From Camelus dromedarius (lineage: Eukaryota): DNA of 64,000 bases. Where the stretch lies: the NCBI RefSeq assembly GCF_036321535.1, contig NC_087458.1, forward strand, positions 1 through 64,000, read 5' to 3'. The notes beneath the pieces were generated by a model, which worked only from the letters and a program-made list of their open reading frames with translations, did not search any database and was not told the DNA's origin. Position numbers and translations under genes: made by a program. Within the stretch, counting starts at the first letter, position 1. The number at the start of each line of letters is the position of its first letter. Of this stretch, positions 1-12,000 are shown piece after piece.

Positions 1-3000
1 ACATGTTCCTCTTCCTGCTCTGCCTCACCCTCTTCCAGGTGCGTGGGCGCGGGGCGGTGCGCGGGCGGTGCGGGCCGTGTGGGGCAGCCTGGGCCTTGCC
101 GGCCGGCCTCACCACACCCTGTCTGGCAGGTCTACTACAGCCTGTGGCGGAAGCTGCTGCAGCTCTTCTGGTGGCTGGTGGTGGCCTACACCATGCTGGT
201 GCTGGTCGCCGTCTACACCTTCCAGTTCCAGGACTTCCCCGCCTACTGGCGCAACCTGACCGGCCTCACGGATGAGCAGTGAGTCTGGGGCGGGGCGGGG
301 CGGCGGGGCGGGGCTCCCCGTGTGCTGACACTGCCCCTCGCCTCACCAGGCTGGGGGACCTGGGCCTGGAGCAGTTCAGCGTGTCGGAGCTCTTCTCCAG
401 CATCCTCATCCCCGGCTTCTTCCTGCTCGCCTGCATCCTGCAGCTGCACTACTTCCACCGGCCCTTCATGCGCCTCACCGACCTGGAGCGCCGCCCCCTG
501 CCCGGCGCCCGCGCCCCACACTGGGCCCGCAGGTGCGCCCCCCGCCGCCTCTGAGAGGCGCGTGCTGCAGTCCCCGCTCCTGAGGGACCGGGGGTCTGCA
601 GGGTGTTCCCCCCGCTTCCCCAAACCAGCACAGAGGACAGCCTGTCTGGTGGGATTTGGATGGGGGACGTGGAACAGGGTGACAGCCTGGGCTGCTGCCT
701 TCAGATGAGGGGCTTCAGGCACTGGATGTCCTCTCTGACCCGCAGGGGTCACGGGGCCACAGGCTCATCTGGTAGCTGCAGCACCGACAGCAGGAGTCCC
801 ACAGATGGGGGGTGGGGCAGGAATGGGAGGGGCCTGCGGGGCCACCCCATAAGTACAGGTGGGAAGGACACTTTGGGGCCCTGTCCTAGGCAGGACGCGG
901 TGAGTGGGACCCCACTGCTGCAACAGGAGGAAGAGGAGGCCCCCAGGGACGAGGGGCTGGGCACAGCAGGCCCCTCCCAGGCCTCGCAGGCCCCAGAGGG
1001 TAAGTACAGGACGCAGACACACCCCCCGTGCCGTGAACCCTGAGAGTCTCCGTCCCCCTCCTCACTGTCCTCCCCAACCCACCCCAGCCAGCAAGTGGGG
1101 CCTGGTGGCAGAGAGGCTGCTGGACCTGGCCGCCGGCTTCTCAGACGTCCTCGCCCGTGTGCAGATGTTCACGCAGCGCCTGCTGGAGCTGCATGTCGTA
1201 AAGCTGGTCGCACTGTACGCTGTCTGGGTGGCCCTGAAGGAGGTGAGTGTGGACACGCACCTTCCTTGTCCATAGCAGGGTCACTCAGGGACCCTCGCTG
1301 GCCTCCCTGCAGCCTGGGCTGCAGGTCGCAGGCACCACGGGGAGGGTGGGGCGCCGCTCCGCCCGCCCCCAGCCCAGCCACCCGCCTGCCGGCAGGTGTC
1401 AGTGATGAACTTCCTGCTGGTGGCGCTCTGGGCCTTCGCCCTGCCCTACCCACGCTTCCGGCCCACGGCCTCCTGCCTGTCCACTGTGTGGACCTGCGTC
1501 ATCATCGTGTGCAAGATGCTGTACCAGCTCAAGGTCGTCAACCCGCACGAGTACTCCAGCAACTGCACCGAGGTACAGCTGCCGCCTCGTGGCGCCTGAG
1601 TCACACGGAGTCTCCCGCGCCCCTAAGGGCCGCCACTCCAGCCCAGGGCGGAGGACAGGTGCAGAGGGCCTGTCCCTGGGGCCAGGGGCTTCCCGGAGGA
1701 GGTGACCTTCCACCTGGTCTGCGGGGGACCACCCCCAGTACCGGGGCGTCTGGGTTCAGAGGAGTGTACTGACCTGGCTGGCTCCCTGATGGACATGCGT
1801 GTCATGGCGTGAGGGGCACAGAGGCCCAAGGTCTCCTGGAGAGAAGGGGGAGCCCTGGGGAAGGAGGGGGTCGCCCAGGGAAGCCCCACCCATCACTTTG
1901 TCTTCACTCCCCCCAGCTCCTGCAGGTGGCCTCCCTGTCCCCAGATACCCTGTCCCCTTCCCCATTAAGGTGGATTGGAGGCAGCACCTCACGTCCCTGG
2001 CTGGGGACAGCTGTTCTCTGGCCCAGACCAGTCCCGGAGCTGTGGCTGGGGTCAGGGAGTGAGGCAGGGTCCAGTTCCTGGCGGGGAACAGGTGCTGACG
2101 CCAGCCCTCCCTCAGCCCTTCCCCAACAGCACGAACCTGCAGAAGACGGAGGTCCATGACTCTCTGCTGTACCGGGGCCCCATTGACCCTGCCAACTGGT
2201 TTGGGGTGCGGAAGGGCTTCCCAAACCTGGGCTACATCCAGGTGAGCATGCGGCAGGCAGGCGAGGTGGTCCGGTGCCTGGGGCATGGGGCGAGGGGGCA
2301 GGGCAGGGCCTGACTGCTCGTGCTCCCCAGAACCACCTGCAGATCCTGCTGCTGCTGGTGTTCGAGGCCATGGTCTACCGGCGCCAGGAGCACCACCGCC
2401 GCTGGCACCAGCTGGGCCCACTGCCCGCCCAGGCCGTCTGCGCTGACGGCACCCGCCAGCAGCTGGACCGGGACCTTCCCAGCTGCCTCAAGTACTTCGT
2501 CAACTTCTTCTTCTATAAATTTGGGCTGGAGGTGAGACTGGGCATCGACCCTTACCCACCCCCAACCCCCCCCCGCCGGACAAGGCTCAGCCACTGGGGT
2601 CCTTGCTGCCCTGAGGGGCCTTCGCTGAGCATCTGGGATGAGCAGGCCCAGGGGGCCGCTGGGGTGTGGTGACGGGGTGGGACCACCGAGGGTGCCAGGT
2701 TCTCCTGGGCTGAGTGTCAGGCTGTGCTTGGAGAGTGGCCTGCAGAGGCAGGGTGGGGGGCTGGGACTCAGGCTGGAGATGGGGTTGGTCTCGACTCTGC
2801 CATGGAACCCCCACCACGGTCCCCACCACCATGGTCCCCCCCTACAGTAGAGACAAGTCCAGCCTCGCCGTCCCTCCAGGAGAGGGGCCTGGGCTGCAGG
2901 CCCCCACCCCATGCACGACACCCGCCAGAGGCATTCTAGGCCACCCCCCAGCTCCTGCCTGACTCTGCCACCCCCAGATCTGCTTCCTGATGGCTGTGAC

Positions 3001-6000
3001 TGTGATCGGGCAGCGCATGAACTTCATGGTCATCCTGCACGGCTGCTGGCTGGTGGCCATCCTCACGCGCCGGCGCCGTGTGGCCATCGCCCGCCTCTGG
3101 CCCAACTACTGCCTCTTCCTGGCACTCTTTCTGCTGTACCAGTACCTGCTGTGCCTGGGCGTGCCCCCTGCCCTGTGCATCGGTGAGCAGGCACCGGGGT
3201 GTGCCGAGCACTGGGGGGGGCACCTACCCTGGGGCCCCTCCCCCATCTGCTGGCCGCGGCCGTGCTGCCGCTCATGGCGGCGGTTGCCCCCTCCGTGGTC
3301 ACTGCATTCGTTGCTTTCTTTCTGCCCAGCATACTATGTTGAAAAATCTCAGTGGGAAGTTGGGGAAGCGGTGTCTGGACCAGGGGGCAGGACCGAGTCC
3401 GTCGGGGTCCGTGCCCAGTTCCCCCGGGGGCCAGTGCCCTCTGTGCTCGGGACGGTGACCCCACACGGCCATCCATTCCTGGATGGTACCCCGGTCTGAT
3501 ACACCGTCCGTGCTCACGGCCTCGTCCTCAGGGCGGTGTCCTGCTGATGGTCTGCTTTGACGGGACCTGACAGGAGGGCTTGGCCGACCTCTTCTCGCAG
3601 CTCCTTTGGTCGAGTCCATGCCAGCCCATCTGTGTCCTTCCCACAGTCAGGCCGGGGGGTCTGCAGAAAGCTCTGAATCTGGATTCGCGGGTTGTGCCCC
3701 AACACTTAGATGTCAGTGGACACTTCAGCAGGAACGTCCCACGACTGGGGAGCCAGGTGGCCACGGGGCGTCCAGGGCCCCCGATGGCCCCGCCGCGGGG
3801 CTGCCGCTCTGCTGGGTGTCCGTGCCCTGCTCTCTCCCTGTGGCCGGTGGGCCTTCGTGAACGGGGTGTTCCCCGTTCGCCATCACTGCTGGTTGGTCGG
3901 TTAGTTGGCTTTTCTGCGAAGGGGGACTTTGATTTCTCCCCCTTTTCTGTTTCTTGCTGTCAGTGGAGCCCAGCTGTCCTTGGAGCGGGGGAGGAGCTGG
4001 GGGATGAACCCAGGACCTCATGCCTGCTAAGGACGCGCTCTGCCATGGCGCCGCCCCCTCCCCGAGCCCCAGTGGTGCTTTCTGAGCGCGCTGTGACCTG
4101 TCCGGGGCTCCCTTGGACGTGCCAAGGCGGCCCCTGGAGCCCTCCCAGACGGCACTTCAGACGCCCTCCACCACTGTCTTCACGTCAGGCTCACAGAGGC
4201 TGCAGTCACCCAGGGAAACGCCCTGTTGGGTGTACAGTCTGAGTTTTGAAGAAGGCACGGGCGCGTGACCACTGCGGTCAGACCCCGTGGCCCAAGTCCC
4301 TGCCCCTTTGCAGCAACCCCTCCCTGGCTGCCTGCCTAGCGACCTCTGACTTGACCTTTCCCAAAGTGTCCTAGGGACGGACCCACACGGGGTCGCCTTC
4401 AGCCAGGCTTCTTCGGCAGAATAGGCTCGAGACGCCCCGTGTTGTCCCATGTTGGTCTTGTTTAATTTTCTAACTTTTCCATAGACTTACAGATATTTAC
4501 AAAAGCAGAACAGAGCTCCGAATCTCTTCACCCATTTTCCCAGGGTTGGTGTCAGCCTCTGACATACCCGGAGCCGCAGTGGCTGCCAGGCCACCACCTA
4601 CGGCCGGAGCCCCGGGCCGCGTGGCTCTCCCTGGTCTCGCTCGCCCCTGCCGCTGGGGGTCCCAGGCCCCCGACACCCCTGCTGTGGTCCTCAGGCTGCT
4701 CCACTCGCCTCGGGCCGGGGTGGTGCCTCTGTCTGCCTGCCTCTTCATCACTCTGGGACTCCTGGGAGCACCAGGCTGCCGTTCCTCCCCCGGCATCATC
4801 CAGTGCTGCTGCTTTAGACCAGGTTACGCACTTTTGGCAAGAGCATGGTGTCACGTGGGGCCAGTGTATCACCCCAGGGGACACGCCTTTGTCACCCGGT
4901 TACAGCGTCATCGTCTGCTGCTTGTCACTGGTGCAGGCTTGTTGGGGGACAGGCCTGGAGACCAGGCAGGGGTCTTGTTTCTGTGTGAACTCCTGCCTAC
5001 TAGCGTCGGCGCCCGAGGCGGGCCCGCCCACAGGGGCGCTCGGGGCTCTCACGGGGACTTCCTGTCTCTGCATTTCTCCGACGGCCGTTGACTGGTGTCT
5101 TCCGTGAGCGAGGAGCTGCCCCGTCGCCCACCCTGCTCTGTCCAGTTTTCATTTGCCTGTATGGACTCCGGGCACTTAGGCCTGGGGCTCTGCTCCAGTC
5201 CTGTCCCTGGGGCCTTGTCCTTGGCACCGTCCCAGCACTGGCCCTGGAAGTCCCCCCGCCCCTGCCCGGTGGACCCTGCTTTCTTCCCTCCACTGGCGGG
5301 TGAAATTCAGACGCCCAGCCCCAGCTCTTGCGGTGTGTGTTGCTCTGGGGAGATGCTGCTTCTCTGACCTCTCGGCAGACAGTGTCTTTCTTCAATCAAA
5401 ACAGTTTCCAACGTCACTCGGGGTGGCTCCGTTCTTCCCCGAGACCTCTGGAAGGTGCGATGTACATGCACCATCTGGTTCGATTGCTTGTCAGTCTGTG
5501 CTCCGCCCTGGGCCCCCCAGCGTCCAGGATGGCTTCGATTTTTAATATAGTAATGTTCTCTGTGTGGTGCCAACCAGCGCGTGGAGGCGTGTCCACCCCA
5601 GTTCTCTGCCCCCCGCCCCGTGACTCCCGCCCTGTGGTTTCCCTTTGCCAGGAGTCACCTAAGTAGGGTCACACAGCCCTGGGGTCTGGCTTCCCTCAAT
5701 CACGAGCCACAGCCAAGGGCTCCGGGCTGCTGCCCACGTTCACCCTTGGACGACATCTGGCCGCTGGGGACCAGGTGTTGCGGACACCAGTCTGTCTGCC
5801 ACTGCGCACGTGTCTGTGTGGCCGTGGCTTCCGTCTCTCGGGGATGAGCGCCCTGGGAGGCTGTGTCGTCTCTTGTCTGTGCCAGCGTTTTGCGTTGACA
5901 CCATTTTATTTTAGCTCTTCTGTCAGGTGCGCGATGAAGTCTCATTCTGGCCCATGCCGACCGTGGCCCTCACACAGGGAGGCCTGCCCACCACCCTCCC

Positions 6001-9000
6001 CAGGCGACCCTTGATTCCTCCCCCAAGGGCTGGGGCACAGTTCGTGTCTGAGACACGCGTCCACGAGAAGCGGGCTTTGGGCCCGGATGCTTGGAGACAC
6101 GGGTGGCAGGGGTGTGAGGGAGGCTCCCAGTGGGCGCTGGGGACAGGGGTGGGGACGGGCCTGGACACACAGGTGACGCACACCCTCCCCCCGCAGACTA
6201 CCCGTGGCGTTGGAGCCGGGCCGTCCCCATGAACTCCGCCCTCATCCAGTGGCTGTACCTGCCCGACTTCTTCAGAGCCCCCAACTCCACCAACCTCATC
6301 AGTGAGCACCTGCTGCTGGAGCCCCGCCACACGGGGGGCTGGGTTCCCTTGTGGACGGGCAGTGTGCGAGCGGGGACCCTCCTCTCCAGCCCGCGAGGGA
6401 CGAGGCCCAGGCCTCACCGGCTGGTCCAGCCCTGTAGCTCCCTAGCAGGGATCTTTGTTCCATGAGTGTGCCCAGTCCTGCAGACAGATCCCTTGAGACT
6501 GGGGGGCCCACATCACGTGCACCCCTGCACAGAGACACGTGCCTGCTCGCAGGTGTGGACGCGGGTGTGCAGACGGAGGCCGTGAGGCGTGCAGTCAGGC
6601 TCCTGTGGGTCTTGTTTGCTGACATGTGTGCAGTGTGTGCGGAGCCACACGTGCACATGCAGAATGTGTACAGCAGGCGTGTTCTCTGATGTCTGTGTGC
6701 CTGTCCACACTGTGTGTAGGTGCTGGTGTCCACATAGGTGGATGCTTGCACCACTCCCCCCACACACTGCAACCTCTCTCTGGCCAGGGGCCTGAGGGCA
6801 GTGCCGGACGTGCCTGGCACTCCCCAGGGTGCAGCCCAGCAGTGCCCCCGTGTGCCCGCAGGTGACTTCCTCCTGCTGCTCTGCGCCTCCCAGCAGTGGC
6901 AGGTGTTCCTGGCTGAGCGCACGGAGGAGTGGCAGCACATGGCTGGCATCAACACTGACCACCTGGAGCCGCTGCGGGGGGAGCCCAACCCCGTGCCCAA
7001 CTTCATCCACTGCAGGTGGGTGTCACAGCGGCCAGGACCGGGGCCCCTGGGGCTGCAGAGGCGGCAGTTGGCAGGGCGGACGGACGTGCCTGGGCTCCAG
7101 CAGGACTGAGCCGGGCAGGCCCTGCCAGCGGCGTCCCCGTGGCCAGGACGAGGGGTGGTCGCTGACCCTGCCGAGGAGGGGGCCTGCAGGGGAGGCCGTA
7201 GTGCCCGGGCCCTGCAGTGACGCCCTGCCCACAGGTCCTACCTCGACATGCTGAAGGTGGCCGTCTTCCGCTACCTCTTCTGGCTGGTGCTGGTGGTGGT
7301 GTTCGTCACGGGCGCCACGCGCATCAGCGTCTTCGGGCTGGGCTACTTGCTGGCCTGTTTCTACCTGCTGCTGTTCGGGACCAGCTTGCTGCAGAAAGAC
7401 ACGCACTCCCGCCTCGTGCTGTGGGACTGCCTCATCCTCTACAATGTCACCGTCATCATCTCCAAGAACATGCTCTCGGTGAGCCCCGCCCCACCCCCAC
7501 CCCCGCCCTCGCCTCGCCTCGCCTCGCCTCGCCGCCCAGGCTGACCCTCCTGCCACCCCCAGCTCCTGTCCTGTGTCTTCGTGGAGCAGATGCAGAGCAG
7601 CTTCTGCTGGGTCATCCAGCTCTTCAGCCTCGTGTGCACTGTCAAAGGCTACCACGACCGTGAGTGGGCGGGGCGGGTGTCCAGGGGCGCAGGGGCGAGC
7701 GGCTCCCAGGCCTGACCTGGGCCACTGTCTGTCTGCAGCCAAGGAGATGCTGGGCCGGGACCAGGACTGCCTGCTGCCCGTGGAGGAGGCCGGCGTCCTG
7801 TGGGATAGCATCTGCTTCCTGTTCCTGCTGCTGCAGCGCCGCGTCTTCCTCAGCCGCTACTTCCTGCACGTCAGGGCCGAGCTCCAGGCCACTGCCCTGC
7901 AGGCCTCCAGGTGGGCCCCTGCCTTGTGTCCCCTCGTCACCACTCTGCAACATGACACGCCACCCACGGGAGGCCTGAGGACCTTGTCACGAGTGTGGTG
8001 GTGCGTGGCGTCAGCCCGGATCTGCCACTGGCTGACATTTAGGCCCCATGTGGCTGCCACGTGGGCCCAAGGGTTCACTCCTCCCTGACTCTGCGCTTTG
8101 GTCAAGGAGCCAGCTAACCTCCTGTCCCCCGATTTCGACCCCATGAGGCTGGGGGCTGCTGGAGGGTCTCCCTCTGACTACTGCACCTGGTGGCAGGGGG
8201 TGTCGAGTGGGGGCCGGCACCATGGCATGAGCAGCAGGCCTGGGCAGCTGGGCTGAGCGTGGCTGGTGGGGCGGGGAGGGTCGGGGATCGAGCAGCCGGC
8301 ACTGAGTGCCCCATCCTCTCCCCTCACAGGGGTTTCGCCCTCTACAATGCTGCCAATCTCAAGACCATCGAGCTTCACCGCAGGGCGGAGGAGAAGTCCC
8401 TGGCCCAGCTGAAAAGACAGTAGGTGCCGTCCGGGCGGGGCCCTGCGGGCTCTCTGGGCAGCCCAGCACTGAGCCGCCTCCCGGCCCGCAGGATGGAGCG
8501 CATCCGGGCCAAACAGGAGAAGCACAGGCAAGGCCGGGCCGGCCGCAGCCGCCTGCAGGACTCGCCAGGCCCCGGGCAGGAGCCAGGTGAGCGTGGATGG
8601 AGCCTCGGAGGGCCCCGCACCCCCTGTGTCCCCGCCCGCCGGAGCCTGCCCGCGTCTGTGCCGTGAGCTGTCCCACGGGGCTTCCAGCCCGTCCGCCCTG
8701 TGCTGTGTGGTTGCTCTGGCCCTGCAGGCCACATAGCTGGCCGTCAGTGTCTGTGCGCACTTGTGGGCTCTCCTCTGCTCCCCAGGGTCTATATGTGGCC
8801 CCTTCGACGCCTCACGGGCTCTGCGTCTGTCTCTGCTGAGGGGCCACCTCCCCGGCCCTGCCCCTCCCTGCTGGCTCACGCTCCCCCCTGCCCTCCCACA
8901 GGGCCCGGCAGTCCAGGGGGCTCCTCCCCGCCACAGCGACAGTGGTGGCGGCCCTGGCTGGACCACGCCACAGGTACTGCCCCAACCTGGCCTGCCCTGC

Positions 9001-12000
9001 CCACCCTCTCAGAGCCGCTGTGTGCCAGGCAGCCCCCTCTTGGCTGCCAGCTACCCTCGGGCAGAGGGAGCTGACCTGGCCAGTGCACGCCATCCCTCCC
9101 TGCACCTTCTATGAGCCCTCCATGCGAGCTCTCAGCCTCACATGGTGAGGGGCCCGGCCCAACCACAGACTCTTTTCTTCCTCCTGTGCTTTTCTGACTC
9201 AAGTTGGAGTTTTTGTTGCTAATCGGCAGTGTCCCCCTTTTCCTGGCCCCACCCTATACGTCCCCTCGTCCGGTCTGGTCTCGTCCCAGCTCTGGCCTGT
9301 GTACTGTGCATGTGCCACCGCCCCTGCCCACCACTCTCTGCCGCCCGCCACTGTGGCTGTCTCTCGGGTGAGGGTGGCATGTGGGCCTTGGCCCCGGGGG
9401 CCACGGGCTGCTGGGGACATCCAAGCTGGACAGCACAGCCAGGCCTGTTCCTGGACCCACCCCAAACTGAAGAGATGGTCTAGGGGTCTGGGGGGAGGAG
9501 GAGGGGACACAGAGCCCCATCCGTGTCGGGGGCCGGCTCTCACTCCACCATGCCCACAGTCATCCACTCCGGGGACTACTTCCTGTTCGAGTCCGACAGC
9601 GAGGAGGAGGAGGAGGCCCAGCCCGAGGACCTCAGGTCGTCAGAACAGAGTGCCTTCCAGGTGAGTGCCTGCTCCCCTGCTGCTGCGGAGGCCTGGGCCT
9701 GGGCAGGGTGGCAGGAGGAGTCACACCCAGCACCCTCGAGCCAGGTGGGCAGTCCCAGGCAGCAGGGAGCCCTTTGCCCAGCGCCTCCCAGGGACCCAAC
9801 CCTGGCCCCCCAGGCCTGTGGTGGCCTGGCCTCCGAGAAGGACACACAGTGGCTGGACACCTGTCATCTTGTCTGCCTCTGGGCCCTTGGTTCTCAGCGT
9901 GGGGCGTGGGGCTGAGTGACTGCCCAGGACAGTCGGGGCCCTGGTGCTCACTCGGCATCCCCTGCAGATGGCCTACCAGGCGTGGGTGACCAGCGCCCAA
10001 ACGGTGCTGAGGCAGCAGCGGCAGGAGCAGACGAGGCAGCTGCCCACGGGTGAGTCTGGCTGCATGGGGTATGGGGGCCCTCAGGGTGCAAGGCGCTGAC
10101 CAGCACTCCTGTGCCCAGGAGGCGGCCCAGGCCAAGAGGCGGCACCGGCGGAGGGCCTGCAGGACCAGATGGCAGGTGCGTGGGCCCCGGGGCAGGGGGC
10201 CGGGGTCAGGGTGCCCACGGGCCGCCCTCCAGCACCGCCCTCCCACCCTCGTAGGCCGCAGGCATGTGGTACAGCGGGTGCTGAGCGCCGTGCAGTTCCT
10301 GTGGGTGCTGGGGCAGGCACTGGTGGACGGGCTGACACGCTGGCTGCTCACCTTCACACGGCACCACAGCGCCATAAGTGACGTGCTGCGTGCCGAGCGC
10401 TACCTGCTCACGCAGGAGCTGCTCAGGGTGAGTGGGCTGTCCCCGCGCCCCCCTGTACCCTACCCCTGTGCCTGCCCCGCCTCAGCTGCCCTGAGCCCCC
10501 GGTGCCCTGCAGGGCGGAGAGGTGCGCCGGGACGTGCTGGACCAGCTGTACATCAGCGAAGTGGAGGCCACGCTGCCAGGCCACTTGGAGGCCCGCGATG
10601 CTCTGAGCACAGCATCAAGGTAGAAGTGAGGGTGGGGGCTCAGGCACCCCCCCCCCGAGCCCCACCTGGCCTATTTCCAGGCCCAAAGTGAGGTCCAGCC
10701 CAGCCGCCCAGCCCCTCGTCCACCAGGGACCTCGAGGTCCTACCCTGCTGCCCCAGAGCCCCCTGGTGACCAGCCCCCTCCCACAGTGGGCTGGGGGCCG
10801 AGGAGCCACTGAGCAGTGCGACTGAGGACACCAGCAGCCCCCAGAGCACCGGCTACCACACCCGCAGCAGCGGCAGCGAGGACACGGTTGTTGAGCCTGG
10901 GACGTCCCTACTCGGCTCCCGGGAGCTTGCCACCGGCGGCCGCGCCCAAACACGCACGGCCAGTGAGCTGCTCCTGGCCAGGTGGGCGGCGACGGGGCTG
11001 GCGGAGGGCCCGGGGCCCCGGGGCGCCCCCAGTGGGCGGCGCCTGAGCCTTGTGCCCCCACAGACGCCTGCACGTCCCGGAGCTGGAGGCGGCCGAGCAG
11101 TTTGCGGCACGGCAGGGCCGGGCGCTGCGCCTGCTGCGGGCCGGGTACCAGTGCCTGGCCGCCCACTCGGAGCTGCTCTGCTACTTCGTCATTGTCCTCA
11201 ACCACATGGTCACGGCCTCAGCCGCCTCGCTCGTGCTGCCCGTGCTGGTCTTCCTGTGGGCCATGCTGTCCATCCCGCGGCCCAGCAAGCGCTTCTGGAT
11301 GACGGCCATCGTCTTCACGGAGGTGGGCGTTGGCCAGGCGGGGCCGGGTGGGGCCGGGGGCCGCGCCCTGCTGACTGCTGTCCCCTGCAGGTCACCGTGG
11401 TCACCAAGTACCTGTTCCAGTTCGGCTTCTTCCCCTGGAACAGCCACGCGGTGCTCCAGCGCCACGAGAACAAGCCCTACTTCCCACCGCGCATCCTGGG
11501 GCTGGAGAAGCGCGACGGCTACGTCAGGGGGGATCTGGCGCAGCTCATGGCGCTCTTCTTCCACCGCTCCCAGCTGCTGGTGAGCCCGGCAGAGTGCTCG
11601 CGCAGGGCACACATGCACTCACACGCACGCATGCACACTCGTGCACTCACATACACACTCATGCGTACACACAGTACACTCACACACAATGTATGCATAT
11701 ACACACACAAAAACACACTCAAGTCGTTTTGTTCCAGGAGGCAGATTGGACATCTTACAGCCCAGGATGCACCTGGCCATCTTCTTGGTCTGAGCTCAGC
11801 CCAGCGGCACTACGTGGCCTCCTCACCCACCTCCCTCCCTCTGTCCCTCCACAGTGCTACGGCCTCTGGGACCACGAGGACGACCCGCTCTCCAAGGAGC
11901 ACGACAGAGGCAGTAGGAAGAAGGGGGCTGAGGAGGAGCTGGCCCCACTAGGACCCCAGGAGGAGCCAGGGGTGGCCAGGACTGAGGGCGACATCCAGCT

